This document shows positions 19,413-37,061 of a stretch of 64,000 nucleotides of DNA, in pieces. A model generated the notes under the pieces. It did not search any database and was not told the DNA's origin. It saw only the letters and a list, made by a program, of their open reading frames with translations. Source of the DNA: the human T2T-CHM13v2.0 reference genome, Homo sapiens; NCBI RefSeq assembly GCF_009914755.1, contig NC_060938.1; one strand, written 5' to 3'. Made by a program: the position numbers and the translations under genes. Within the stretch, counting starts at the first letter, position 1. Each line of letters begins with the position of its first letter.

Positions 19413-20106
19413 TTACTGATTAGCTTATTCAACATCTCTGTCTCTGCTATGTAGATAAAATTAATTCAGTTTTATGCTGAAGACATGTATTATTCTTTAT
19501 TGTTTAATTAAATATTAGATCTTGTGTTGTTCCAAAACATATTTTAAAATTGGTTATAAAATACATACTAATCAATAGGATAGACTGGAAGTGTTACCCA
19601 AAAAACAATCTTAAAAAGTGTAGGGTAACATATTACATTCTTAACCTAGTCTTGGATTACAATAATCTGTAGATATGTTTCATAAAGACATCAAAAATGC
19701 TATCTTACAATATAAATTATGTTTAGGGATACTTGCAATGAATGTTTCATGAAGATGAAAATGTATTTCTAGTGAATGTATCAACTTGTTTATAAAAAGT
19801 AACTTTATGTTAATTAACTAAATGATTCATCCTAACTGAGGAGTAATTACTGTGTGAAGAAAAGATAATTTTTATCTTGTAACTTTACTGAATAATTTTC
19901 AACATCCTTTTTCATACTATTTGCTGGAGTTACTAGTAACAGAAACTTATGCAGGTTGTTCTTTTATCAATACATTTCAACTTACACATGTCCTTTGGAT
20001 GAGATTGAGGTGAGAAACTAAAAACATGAGAACTAGAAAGAAAAATAATATTTAAGAACATAGAAATTTCATTAGGATAATAAACCAACGTACGAATGTT
20101 TTCTAA

Positions 20107-20858
20107 TATCAACAAAGAGAGTCAAACTCTGTAAGATATTTGAAGAGATTTATTCTGAGCCAAATATGAGTGACCATGGCCCCTGACACAGCCCTCAGGA
20201 GGTCCTGAGAACATGTTCCCAAGGTGGTCGGTGTGCAGCTTGGTTTTATTCATTTTAGGGAGGCATGAGACATCAATCAAATACATTTAAGAAATACATT
20301 GGTTTGGTTCAGAAAGGCAGGCCAACTCAAAGCTGGGGTTTCCAGGCTATAGGTAAATTTAAACATTTTCTCGTTGACAATTGGTTGAGTTTATTTGAAG
20401 AGCTGGGATTAATGGAAAGAAATGTTCAGGTTAAGATAAATGATTGTGGAGACCTAGTTTTATTGTGCAGAGAAATCTCTCAGCAGACTTCAGAGAGAGC
20501 AGTTGTAAAATGTTTCTTATCGGACCCAAAAGGGTGCCTGGCTGTTAGCTGATTATCCCCTGGATCTGCATAGAAAGGAAGGAAAACAAAGGGGAAAGGG
20601 GGTACTCTATGGAATGTGGATTTTTCCCACAAGAGACTTTGCAGGGCAATTTCAAGGCATGGCAAGGAAATATATTTTGGATTAAATATTTTCTTCCTTG
20701 TCTCATAATGTTATGCCAGAGTCAGATTGAAAAGCAAGTCACAATATACAGGGTCAAATAAAACCCATCTGATGAGAATCCATGGTTTGTAGAGCATGAC
20801 TTCCTGGACCCCTTAGGTAGGAATTTGGGCAAGATAAAAAAATAGAGCTTAGTCCTCA
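20107..20858 (-). mobile_element. ERV1 solo LTR, MER4D/MER4E-like
   Basis: Minus strand begins TGAGGACTAAGCTCT. Flanked by 4-bp near-TSD ctaa/ctga. Confidence 0.8.
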
Positions 20859-20877
20859 CTGATAAGATAAATTCTAA

Positions 20878-21084
<207 letters not shown>

Positions 21085-21211
21085 TAATGCTTGGTAAAAC
21101 TTCATATTTCTACTCATTAATATTACTTACAATATCTCTTTCATTTAATGTATATTATTTAGACCTAAACAGTCCCCAAATTTTATTTCATCTTAAAAAT
21201 GAATCATGGTG

Positions 21212-21529
<318 letters not shown>

Positions 21530-22530
21530 TCATGGCATTTATAGCTACAATTATTTATAATAAATCTTGAAATATTTTATTTTAGTTCAAAGGCCTTATG
21601 TAAACAATGCTATTCTTTAATATATACTTAATGATATTGTAAGTATTTTGTTCCTAGTGACATAGTTCAGCATATTTTCCCCTATTTCATGTTAATTACG
21701 TTTCAAATGTTATGGAAAAGAAATAAAAGTTATCACAATAGTAAATAATCTCATGATTTTCTAAAAAGAGCTTTATAAATTTAATTTTCTTGACTTTTGG
21801 TGTCTTGAAATAGAAGATTATTTTTGTATGTATGTATCTACCTCACAGAAGTTATTGATTTGGTGGAAGAGCACTAGGATTAGAGTCAGAAAAGCTGGGA
21901 AAAATCCTGCAGCTTCCTTATATTTTTAACCTTTTGCTATAGAATTATAACTAAATGAGTTCATTGATTTGTGTGTGTAAAAGTGCTTAGTACAATGCCT
22001 AGACTTATCATTTATCAATAAATATCATTCTTAAAACTGACCATAAAAATATTAGAAAAGTAGAATATCTAGACAATATTTTAGAAAAAGGGAGCTTAAA
22101 GAATTTGGAAAATGTCATTCATCTGTCCAAATGTCTGCCAAGCTAAGGCTCTCACTACAGGGAGAGGTATAGTTTAGATGTTAGAGTGTAAACCCAATTT
22201 TTTAATGTGGTCATAGTTATTAATTCTTCATGCCTTGCAAATTGTTGTAATTCAGTAAAAGCCTTTTTTCATCCTGAAATTTAAAAAAATTATCTAGTGG
22301 TTTCTTTTTTGCTTTCATGGATTCACTGTCTTCAAATAAACTTTTGAACTTTGGGGAATTTATGCCATATGAGGTTTGAGGTTTTGACTCAACTTCTTTT
22401 TTCCCATTTAGATATACAGTTATGGCAACCTCTCATTGTATAAATGTACGGGTTATTATTTAATTTCAGAAACAATCACAATATGTTATCCTATTGGATA
22501 CTAGTTACAAGTTTTCTTTGTTTTATTTAG

Positions 22531-23500
<970 letters not shown>

Positions 23501-24829
23501 TAATATTTGGTTACAGCTGAATGTTGGATCTAGTTGAATATAAAAAAGGATACATATGATAAATATATCTGCTTAGAAACATTCCTTGTTTCCAACAAGT
23601 CAAAGTTAGATCTGAGAGATGTTTTCCTCTGATTAAAGTCAATGTGTCACTTATAAAATTTTAAGTTATAAAATGTTAATATAGACTAATAGTAATAATA
23701 TAGTCATACTACTGAAATAATAATTTTAATGTATTTATGTTGCAACATTTTAAGACCATGATAAATCAGATATATGGAAATGCTCATACCTAAAATGGTA
23801 TTTTGAAGTTGATTCAATAAATTGGGGTACTTTGACAGTTAATTTCAGATTTCCTAGATGAGCTGAAGTGTATTCCCTATTTCATAATTACTTTTCTTCA
23901 GTAGCTTTAAATATGTCTTAGTAGGTAAAATTTTGTTCTTCTTCATGTCAGTTTGACTTAAATCTGAAACTATTTCAATCTCAAGTTATGTATAGATATG
24001 ATCATTCTATTTTCAAAGGCATCTAATTTTACTTATAATATGGGGAAAATGAAGTAAATTTTAGCCAAATCATATTTGATTTAATCTTCCCACTGGCATT
24101 TATAATTTACTTTCATTTTTAAATAAAAAATTTGCTCCTAATTTTTATTTCAAGGCTCAATTACTATCATTTGGATATAACTTTGTCCAGGACAAAAAGA
24201 GGCATAGCTATCTGTGATTTATTAGTTTGACACTGCATCCCCATTTTCAGACTAAGGAGGATTTCAGACTAACGAGGAGTGGCAGGACTCAGAGTAGGAA
24301 TGGAGTGAGTAGGGAGGAGAGATATAGCAGCTGAGTTAGGGTGGGAGGTGGAGGGCAGGTTACTTAGAGCATCTAAGGCCACTGTAATTTTACTTTTCTT
24401 CTGAGATAGACATCTATTGGAAGCATTTAAGCAGATGATTTAATGTGAGGAACTCTGAGGTTGATTTGAGTTTCTAATAAAAAGAAAGAGGGAAATCATT
24501 CCACAATGTATAATTTACTACCATCGGTCTCAACCACATACTCATTTCTTTTTGAGACTTCAGGTTTTTAAGCATTGCAGATTCATCAGGGGAGGAATGA
24601 CTAGTGGGCTGAATATGTTGTGTGAATAACAATACCAGTTTGGCAGGAAGATAACACCTTCTGTATCCTTAACTGGATTCAGTAATACACAGGAATGTGT
24701 ACACATGAGGAAAAGAAGGTGAATCGATCTGTGTGGTGATATTTTTCAAAGTGTATGCTTTAGAGTTAAATATTATTAATGGTTTAATAATAAGGTGATT
24801 TGTAAAATCAGTAACAAAAATAACATCAG

Positions 24830-25017
<188 letters not shown>

Positions 25018-25054
25018 TAGCTAGTTAACTAATATAAAGTGTTTTGGGGTACTA

Positions 25055-25168
25055 ATTTTAGTGGATGGCTTTCTTTTGTATTTTTATTATAATTAATTTT
25101 ATTAAAATTTTATAGTGGATGGCTTTCTTTTGTATTTTCCTTATTATTAATTTTATTAAAATTTTATT
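25055..25168. repeat. 54-bp tandem duplication
   Basis: gtggatggctttcttttgtatttt at 25061 and 25115. Confidence 0.85.
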
Positions 25169-26161
25169 ATAATGCACCTATATCTTAATCTCTTTTATTC
25201 TGCCATTTTTTATACATATTTTTTTCTTAAATATTTAACCTTAGGAAAGTTGAGAATTATGCATCATTTCTCACAGAAGTTGAGAGAGTTTTTTTTTTTT
25301 ACCTGTTAAACAGTCTATTTTTAATGATTTCTCTGTTGGCATGGTGAGGCAAGCCAGATTAATTCAGAGGACAGTGTCTAATGGAATGTTTCAGAAAATT
25401 ATCTTATTTTTAGTCTCTACTTTTCTGAACGTATAAAGAACTTGTGTTTACTTATTTCATAGATTTCAGGTTAACTTGTTCAGAAAGGCCATTTTACTGA
25501 ATAAATTTTTATTTTGATGAAAATCCTTACTCTCTTTCTATTGGGCTCAGAGAGCACATTTTGTCTCTATATGAATATGGACAGTTAGCATTTGCCAACA
25601 TGTATCTATTTTCTCTTATTTATAGAAAAAGCTAAACTAAAAAGGGGGTTATATAAGGTCAGCAAAGGATGAGTTTGAGATGTTCGGGTTGGTTAAGTGG
25701 GCATTTAGACAACAAGGTTTCTCCTTTGGCATGTTTAATGGACATCTTTGCAGTTTAAGATGACGCTTTTAAATTACTTCTCTCCTAATGATGACTTGAG
25801 TCCTGCTATTCAATGGGAGAGTCAATAAGATCCTGTAGGATCTTATTTGGAACTGACTTTGTCGATTTTAATTTTGTTCCTGCTTGTTTTTAAATTTTCT
25901 TGTTGTTTCCCTAGAAAGGAAAGATGACGCTTAGTTTTAAATATTTAAAAATGTGCAAGTTGCTTTGCTATAATAAAACTAAATGCATACATACAAAAAA
26001 TAAAATTATAGTTGATGTGGTAGTGTTTGGAATTCAAAATATAAATGCTTAGCATGAGGTAATCCTTTATCTTTCCACATTTTACCAGTTTGCAAGTTTG
26101 AGTATTTAACTGATAAAATGTAATACAAAAGCAAGAAGAATGCTGTGTTTTAGTCCTAGAG

Positions 26162-26370
26162 CAGGGGTCTGTGAACTTTTCTGTAAAGGGCCAGATAGTA
26201 TTATTTAAGGCTTTGTGAGCCATAATATCACTGTTGCAATAACTCAGCCCTGCAGTTATAGCACAAAAGTAGCCACAAACAATATGCAGATTGAAGGGGT
26301 GTGGCAGTGTCCCACTAAAATTAATTACAAAAAACAGGTAATGGGATGATTTATCCTAGATTCTGACCTT
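26162..26370 (+). mobile_element. MER58A-like hAT MITE
   Basis: caggggtctgtgaactttttctgtaaagggccagatagta. Confidence 0.7.
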
Positions 26371-26491
26371 TTTTAAATAAAAAAGATTGTGATAGTCTAA
26401 AATATTTTATATATATTTTGTTGATTCATTCATCTACTGATGGACATTTAGGTCATTTCCAAATGTAATTTTTTTTAATTCTTTGTTTTAG

Positions 26492-26562
26492 TTTCAAGAA
26501 ATACAGGATCAACTTACAGCTACTATAAGATGTACTAAGGAGATGGAAGGTGATGCACAAAA
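26492..26562 (+). pseudogene. ANKRD36: ANKRD36-like exon
   Basis: FQEIQDQLTATIRCTKEMEGDAQK. 71 nt, AG/GT. Confidence 0.87.
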
Positions 26563-26884
26563 GTAAAATTTGAAGCAGCACACAAAATAACTTGAGTATT
26601 TATAAAGCAAAAGAGCACTGTAGTATGAAAATTGTATCAGTTATGATAAGTATGTCTTTGTGAAGCCAAAAATGTTTCATCTGTAAGCTATATTGACATA
26701 CATCATTTTTCTACATTATTCCTAAATTTTGCATATTATCAACAAAACACAGGTAGAAAAAATGACACAGTAGCCCAGTCATCTACTCTTGTGTTTGCTA
26801 AGAATTTGTGTAATTATACCTTCAGAAGTTTGTTTAGAATTTACATGATTTAAAAACAATTATATGTGAGAGTAATTATTTTAA

Positions 26885-26998
<114 letters not shown>

Positions 26999-27050
26999 TG
27001 ATCTCTTAATTTCTGTCATACTGAAAACGAATTTTATTTTTCCAGTAGGA

Positions 27051-27399
27051 CGGGTTAAATATCCCTTGTCCAAAATGCTTGGGACCAAAAGTAGATTTTT
27101 TTCAGATTTTGGAATATTTGTATATACCTAATGAAATATCTTGGGGATGGTACCTGAGTCTAAACATGAAATTCATTTATGTTTCATATATACCTTATGC
27201 ACATAGCCTGAAGGTAATTCTCTACAATATTTTACAGTAATTTTTTGCAGGTAACAAAGTTTTTACTGTTTTCCCCAGAGCCTGTCACATGAGGTCAGGT
27301 GTGGAACGTTGCAGTTGTGGTGTCATGTCCGTGCTCAAAAAGTTTCAGGTTGTAGAGCATTTTGGATTTCAGATTTATAGGTTAGGGATGATCAATCTA
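27051..27399 (+). mobile_element. Tigger4b/Zombi-like DNA element
   Basis: Terminal inverted repeats c(a/g)ggtt...atccct and agggat...aatct, with matching body. Confidence 0.7.
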
Positions 27400-27490
27400 C
27401 AGTACAGAAGCTCCTTGACTTGCAGTGGGTTTACATGATAATGTCTCTTGTTTGACTGAAACTTTATAAGTAATATTTGATTTATTTCAG

Positions 27491-27574
27491 ATGCTGCCAG
27501 GTGTTCAAGAGCTAGATGAAGGTATGTTGCCAAAATTTATGAATTAAATTCAAATCATTGATTTCTGAAATAAA
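27491..27574 (+). pseudogene. ANKRD36: ANKRD36-like last coding exon region
   Basis: tttcag|ATGCTGCCAGGTGTTCAAGAGCTAG resembles the recalled MLQVFES* end with one extra base. AATAAA at 27569-27574. Confidence 0.65.
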
Positions 27575-28009
27575 CTGTTAAGTAGTGAATGGTATTCCTC
27601 TCAATTGCTTGGTTAATACATGCTACATTAAATATTTTTTCTTACACACATCTAGTGAAAGATGTGAAAACATAATCATTCATAGTGAAGAGTATACTTA
27701 TGCTTTGTTACTTCGTCATGTTCCATAGCTTTAAAAAAAATCACAAGAAGTCTGTGTATCTCTTTTTTTCTGGCCCTACACTTTTCTTCTGCCACCCCTA
27801 TAGAACTGTCAGCCTGCACACTGAAACTGTTCTCATAAAACAAAGGCATCATCAACTTCTCAAGGTTAAGGTAGTGATTTAAGGCTAACAGACCCCACAC
27901 TCATGTGATAATAATTGGTTAAGCAATTACAGGTCACAAGCAGTCACTTGACCAGTGACATTTTAAATCTCTAGTCATTGACTTTGTCATTGGTTTACTT
28001 TTGCACCTG

Positions 28010-28490
28010 GGAAAAGTTGAAAATTCCTTAGCATGGAATCAAAACTCTCACATCAGTGTGGTTCTTGTCAGGTTATTCAGCCTTATCTTTCGCCACTTAC
28101 CATACTCTGCACCTTTGTTCTAGCATCCAGCCAAACTAGACTACACGGAGCTCCACAGTGATCATCCTCACCTCCACCTCTTTGTATTTACTTCTTCCCT
28201 CTATCCTACATGTGTTTTCCTTCCCCTTCAGATATCAACCTAGGAATTGCCTCTATCAAAAAGCCTACAATATTGACACAAACCTGGGCTAGTATCCCTT
28301 CTATGTCTTCCAGTAAGTGGTGTCTTATGCCTGTCATTGTATGTATGACTCTGTATGGGAATTGCCTGTTTGTTTTTTCGGATTATAGCATACAGTTGTT
28401 GAGGGGTGCACCGTATCATCTTTATCTTGTTAATCCAGTGCTTGTCCTAGTACCTTAGCACATGGTTGCTGAATACATGAATGAAGAGTG
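28010..28490 (+). mobile_element. L2 3' fragment
   Basis: Ends gttgctgaatacatgaatgaa. Degenerate. Confidence 0.55.
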
Positions 28491-29486
28491 AGAAACCAGA
28501 AGCTCTGATACTTAACTGCCATGATAATGAAATCAGTGTGCAACTATGGGCAAATTATATTTAATAGTAATTGCATATTGTACATATTTTTCATTCTTAT
28601 TAACACTGATAAACTTTTCAACTTATACTGACTTTCTCTCAGTTAACTGTGAAATCATTTAGATAAAGAATATAATTCTTTTTCATTCTAACTTCTGAAT
28701 TTAAATCTGAATCCTCTATAGCAGGGGTCCCCAACCCCCAGGCCACAGTCAGGTCCATGGAGTATACAGTTTAAGACCTCTGCTGTACAGCTATACCTCC
28801 ATGCTTGCTTTCAGTGGCCATGACACTTTATTCAAATATGTAAGTTTTATTAAGACTGAGTTCTTAAAAAGAAAAAACCAAGAACCTTAGATACAACTAG
28901 TGAAGTATTGAGACCTGTCCATATTTAAAACCAAGCACACAATACCACTTAAAACGTTCCCCAGAAAGCCTCTATACTGAAATGCTTGAAAGTGAGCAGT
29001 GCTGACTCTCGATTATTACCAATTGCATTAAATATGACACTTGTTTTGTTTATTTTGGCTATAAGGAGAAAATGTCATTTTGTATATGAGTGAGCACAGA
29101 GGAGAGAGAATGCGGGAAAGAATAGAATGGGCCAATAATTTTTTACTAAATACTCCAGTTCTCAGCTTTTTAAATCAACAGACAAAATGAATCACCTAAA
29201 CCTAAAATCTTTGTGAATAGTATAAATTGTCTTTTAAATTAAATGCATATATTTTTATGTTTTACTTTTTCAAGACAAAAGCAGGATATTAGTACAATAT
29301 AAGATTTATAGAGGAGCAAATTTCTTGAGATAGGAAACCCTTAAAAGCAGTATTTAAAGTGCTTAAATACTGTCACATATGTTTAATAATCATAATACTT
29401 AATTGTGAGAACTAGGAGCTCATATTACTACTAAAACCAAATAAAAATTCAATACGTATTTGTTAACTCAATTTAAGGATGTTTAC

Positions 29487-29591
29487 CTTAATACTGACAC
29501 AGTGTGGATGGTAACACTGACCACACTGAGAACAGGCAAGTAATCTTCCTTCTGCTCCTTGGCCAAAACTGCCACAAACTACACACATATC
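29487..29591 (-). pseudogene. KMT2C: KMT2C exon 18 copy (start of a PHD finger)
   Basis: DMCVVCGSFGQGAEGRLLACSQCGQCYHPHCVSIK. 105 nt. Confidence 0.93.
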
Positions 29592-29783
29592 CTGAAGTTA
29601 AGAAAACAGAACATATTTTAAATGGAGACTAAGCTAAAAACCTACAAATTTTACTTTAAAAATACCTTCTTAACTAATATAGCTCTATAGCTAAATATTG
29701 GATCACTTCTGTGTATATGAGATAAAGCAGAAATGTGCAAGGAGGAATTCAATGAGGAAGACAGTAAATTGTCAAGTTCAAAC

Positions 29784-29885
29784 CTGATTCAAAGTGAATT
29801 TGTCACTGCTAGAAAACAACACAACCGTAGTGTGCATAGAGTTTTCTTCATCATCCTTATTTGATGAAATATCTGCAGTAGACAC
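29784..29885 (-). pseudogene. KMT2C: KMT2C exon 17 copy
   Basis: VSTADISSNKDDEENSMHTTVVLFSSSDKFTLNQ. 102 nt. Confidence 0.92.
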
Positions 29886-30365
29886 CTATAAAAAAGCAAA
29901 ATACACAAAATACGAAGTTATATTTTTCACTTGTTTTACACTTAACTGGAAAGCTTCAGAAAATTCATAATCAAAACATATATTTTTGCTAAGGTCTAGA
30001 ATAACAATTCCAAATATTAATGCTAAGATAGTACTATAAAATGGAGTCATGACATTTTATTATTCACCTAATTCTCTCTTTAGAGGTAGAATTCCTATAG
30101 ACCAATAAGTAATGAGAAAATATAATAAACCTGTCTTAGTAAGACTTGATTATGCAGAATTCTAATCAAGAAACTATAAATGATAATATTATATGTATGT
30201 ACACACACAAATCTATCACTATTTTAATGACACACACTTGGGATCTGCAATGTAGTTAGTCTGAACTGAGATGTCCTGCAAACATAAAATACAGCACATA
30301 ATTACATACTACATGTTGAAATGGTAATATTTTAGATATATCGAAATGGAAGGCATTAAAATTAA

Positions 30366-30632
<267 letters not shown>

Positions 30633-31023
30633 TCATTGTAACTTATTAATGTGGCTACTAGGAAGTTTTAAGGTGCATATGTGGTTCTCATTATATTTCT
30701 ATTAGCACCGCTTTAGAATATTATTTTGAATAACATCAAAATTTCAGTATTAGCCAAATGATTATCAACCAATATTGTTCAGTCTGGGCTTAGTTCTATT
30801 TGACTAAATCAACTAAATACCCACTGGTTTGTTAATAATTTCTAGAGTGATTATGAAACAAAATAAAGCTCTGAACTAGAAGTTGTAGAAGAAGACAAGG
30901 AGGGCACTGCCAAAATCATAAAATACAATCCTCTTTCTTTAAAAAGCTTACAATCGAAGCCTGGAAAGACAGTTGAAACACAACAGGTTATGTTCAAGGT
31001 CAAAACATAATACAACTGAATTA

Positions 31024-31366
<343 letters not shown>

Positions 31367-31396
31367 GGAAGGAAGTTTGGTTGGTTAACTAAATAG

Positions 31397-31759
<363 letters not shown>

Positions 31760-33434
31760 TAAAAGCAGTTTTAATGGATAGTACTAATGCTTTATAAGAG
31801 CAATTTATAGTCATATGAACCCTAATGACTACAAGTGTTAATAATGCCAATATTAATCATTAGGGAGTAAGTAAAGCAATGACAAATCCAAACATTAGGA
31901 AAGTACGAAACATTTTAAAAGTAGGGAGGTAGAAACTTGTATAGACTGCCATGAAAGAAATTATCAAAAGACACTGTTGAGTGAAAAAATAAATTGCAGA
32001 ACAGTATTTGAGGTATAGCACTATAATATAAAAACATGCAAATTCATTATATGTAGTCTATGGGCACATATAATAGGTTGACTCATAAGAAATTGCTGCT
32101 TTTCATCAGTTCAGAAATAATATTGGCAATTTCATATGGATCAACCTAATATATAAATATACCAAACTGGTAACAGGGAAATAAGGAGGACTGAGGAGTT
32201 AGTAATGGTAAATTCTGATCTACCTATAACACTTTAATTCTTTTAATAGAGAAAATGCATTGATGTGTTATATGCATAGCATTAACAAAATCAGCTTTCT
32301 AAGATTTTAGAGAATCATCCAAGATGATTCACAGAAGTAGAATCATCATCATCAGTAAGAAATTAAGTGACTACTAAAAGTAATCATTAATTCAGTCATA
32401 GGACTAATGATGCATTGACAAGACTATTGAGATATATAATTTTGGAAATGGCTAAAATAGAGATAAAGTATCTATTTCTACCTCCCAACCACTTACAGAA
32501 AATTCAACACATTATACACACTGAGCAGCTCAAAGAAATTGTAAAGATCCATTATTATTTTTAAAAGGAAATTTAACCAGTGAATGCTTTCACTGAAAAT
32601 GATAAACAATATATTCCCAGTATAAACCAGAAATAAAGTCTGCAGTAGAAAACTACAATGTCCCTAGATTCAAGTGGGGGTGGGGAGTCATATTTAAATA
32701 ATAAGTGCAGAAAAACCAAAATATTTTAAAATAATTGTCCATGCAAGAAAGAAAACAGTATCATCTAGCTTGAAGACCCACTGTTTTTATTTTATAATTT
32801 ATTTCATGACCTTTAGACTGCTAGAAAAATAAAACCTAACTTGAGGGCAAAGGTAGTCTTTGAGAAAATATGTGCTATTGTTGCCTGCATAGATAATAGT
32901 GTGATTTATCCAGAAGGTGATAGAAATATCATTTTCCTAGACCACAGATATAAGCCAAGGAGAATAGAAAGCTCTGACCTAAACTTCACAAGTGTCCCTT
33001 CCAAGCAGGGACACGTAAGAGTAAACAAAAAAAGAAGATCAAATTAAACTCAAAGTGAGAAGATAGGAAAAAATAAAGATGAGAATATAAATCAATAAAA
33101 CAGAAAGGGGAAAGAAAATAGAGAAGAGTCCATGAAAACAAAGGCTGACTCAAGAAGATCAATAAGATTGATAAATCTCTAGACAGACTGATCAGGAAAA
33201 AAATAAGACAAGATACAAATTATTAGTATCAAGAATGAGGAAGGTGAAATCACTACAGATTCTACAGGTATTAAAATAATAAGAAACATTATGATCAACT
33301 CCATTCCTTTAATTTGTCAAGATAGACGAAATGAACAAATTTCTTGAAAGATGCAAATTTATGAAAGGAGAGACAGATAACCTAAATAGGTACCTATTAA
33401 AGAAATAAAATTTGTTGTTAAAAACTGTCCCACA

Positions 33435-34000
<566 letters not shown>

Positions 34001-34184
34001 CAAAAACCCCCCACAAAGAAAATTTCAGGCCAAGATGGTTTCACTAATAAATTCATGTATAATATAAGAAGATACATTTCCACTACTACACAACTTTTTC
34101 AGAAAACTGAAGAGGAGAATATACTTTCTGATTCATTCTATGAAGCTGGAGTTATGCTGATACCAAAACCAGACGAAGACATTA

Positions 34185-34490
<306 letters not shown>

Positions 34491-35402
34491 GTGCACAGGT
34501 CTACAACCGTGGTGCATCCACAGTTTAATTAATACACAGCAAGAAAAGGGAGTACACTGTTAACAAATACAACAGCATAGATGAATCTCCAAATAATTGT
34601 GCTGAAATAAATCAGTGCAAAAAGCATACAGTTCTGTATGATTCCACTTATATACAACTTTAGAAAATGCAAACTAATCTTGGGGACAAGGACGGATGGC
34701 GGGGGAATGCAGAAAATTACAGAGGGACATGAAGAAACGTTGGGAGATGAATATATTCACTGTCATGATTGTGGTATCGTTTTCAAGGGTGTATATATAT
34801 ATATCAAAGCTGATGGAATTGTACATGTCAAGTCAAATATAGCTTATATCAACTATACCTCAATAAGCCTGGTTTTAAAATTTTTCTTTTTGAAAAAAGG
34901 ATGAGAATCTAACCTTCCTTATTCCTGGTTTATTAGTAAACTTGAACAATTTCACCTGTCTCCTATACTTAAAATGACATTTCAGAATTTTAAAAACAGG
35001 ATTTTAATAAAATAGCGAAGTTATTACATAAAATATTTGCTAGTAGTTAGCAAATGTATTTGTAATACACATACAAATAAAGCTTCATAACATGATAGTA
35101 AGCAAATATCTATCAATCTTAAAATTTTTTAAATAAAAGAGCAACTATATTACATAATGACTTTTTAGAGAGGGTTGGCATAGAAAGATAAGGAGTCAAA
35201 GAGGAAGGTAAGAAAAAAGAAAGGGTGAGAAAGTAAATATACAAGAAAATGTAACCAGAGGCTCAAAAAAAAGAAAAGTAGGACAGTAAAATAAACATTT
35301 TGACCTATTTATATGACTCATAAGATCAAAATAACTTGCTATGAGATTTTCATCATTAACTGACATTTAGATTAGAGAAAATATACATGAAGCAAGCCTC
35401 AC

Positions 35403-35519
35403 CCCAGGCAATACAAGAGCTCCGATTCCACTTTTCAGCTTTGACCTGCCTCGGCCACCTCGCCCCGACAGTCCTGCACCTCGAGATCTCCACTTTCTTG
35501 GAAATCCAGACCCATGGCC
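35403..35519 (-). pseudogene. KMT2C: KMT2C exon 16 copy
   Basis: GHGSGFPRKWRSRGAGLSGRGGRGRSKLKSGIGALVLPG. 117 nt, AG/GTGAGG. Confidence 0.92.
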
Positions 35520-35919
35520 CTATGTAACAGATTAGGAAAAGTCAACATTCTGTTACAGCCCAAAATAATTTTTAAATCCAAATGCCACTGAGATAAAACA
35601 TTTTATTAAATGTTATACAAACACTTCTTTAGATAAGTATTAAAAGACCTGGCTTATTATTTTTATCTTTAAAAGTATACTCCACAACTTAAAAATCTAA
35701 ATATAAAATGCTTACAACCTTAGAATCATACTTTAGGCCTGTCACTGTGAACGCTATCAGCAAGCCTTTGCATGATTTTTCTCTTTCCCACTCCTACATT
35801 CTCGGTGATGACAACAACTGTAGCCTGATCCAGATATTTCGAAGTGCAACAAATCGTATTCAATATAGAGTAAGGATAAGGAAAAACTCTCTCATTAACT
35901 GGTCTCGCGGTGATTACAG

Positions 35920-36110
35920 TAATAGCTAACATCTATTGAGTACTTACTATGTACTAATCTAAGTATTTTTTACTCTCATCCATCCCATATAGTAGGTTTT
36001 ATTATCCTCATTTGAGATGAGTGTGCTGAGGAATAAAATGGTTAAGTAACTTGTCCAAGGTTACTTAGCTAGCAAGCCTGGCTCCAGCGTCCCTGGGTTG
36101 GAAGCATATT
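35920..36110 (-). mobile_element. MIR
   Basis: ggttaagtaacttgtccaaggttac core. Confidence 0.7.
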
Positions 36111-36263
36111 CTGTACTGCTACATCAGCATGAAAGTTCATTTTTGCTAGTGTGTGACAGTATTCTTCCTGTCATTAAAATTAAGTCAGTTTCCTTCACTA
36201 TTCAACAGTTCTCTTATGAACTCAACATTTCTACCTCATTCACCATTGTATTTAGAGGAAAAT

Positions 36264-36439
36264 TTATTATTATTGTTATTACTTTTATTTTTGAGACAAG
36301 AACTTGATCTGTCACTCAGGTTGGACTGCAGTGGTGTGATCACAGCTCACTGCAGCCTAGAACTCTTGGGCTCAAGTGATCCTCCTGCTTCTGCCTCCCA
36401 AAGTGCCAGGATTATGGGAGTAAGCCAAAGCATCCAGCC
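36264..36439 (-). mobile_element. Alu monomer (FAM/FRAM/AluJ-like)
   Basis: Single arm. TSD aggaaaa. Confidence 0.8.
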
Positions 36440-37061
36440 AGGAAAAATTATTTGAGGATTACAGGAAAGCTGACAAAAGGCTTTGTGAAAGCTTTGCTTT
36501 AAATAATCTGAATAATAAATACTTGAAATGGAAATAATTTATCTGACTTCTTACACAAGAAATAAACCTATGGGAAAATGTGTTAAATTCCCTGATAATT
36601 TCAGACATTAAGTACCAGAGTATGGTGTTCCCTGCCCCCTCACCCTTGTTTGTACTAATTAATTACTCCTTGAAAAAACCTGGCACCTACCTAAGTAGAA
36701 GAATTATGTATATTTAAAATTATCCAGATGCTCAGGAAAATACTTAGATGTTTCCCTCATGATAAGTTAAATAATATGTCATATCTTCAACTGATGTCCC
36801 TTATCATAGTTTGAAATGAACTTATTCCCTATTTAGCAGAATGGTTTCCAAGTCAAAAATTATGGTGATACTGTAAACATAAAATAGATACACATGAACA
36901 AAAGGAACGGGAGGAATGGCTTTTCTCCCTTTGGATGTAATAAATACAGCCAGCTCCCAGTTTCAAACTGCCACTCCTGTCTTCTCTTACCCTGCTCTCC
37001 TTGAGATCCCTTTAGAGAAGTGCATCAGGTTCTTTGCACAACGGATGGATGGGGTCAGGTT

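Noticed and set aside
35800-35832. GTGATGA...CTGA resembling C/D snoRNA boxes
   Set aside because: The boxes are only about 13 nt apart, too close for a snoRNA.
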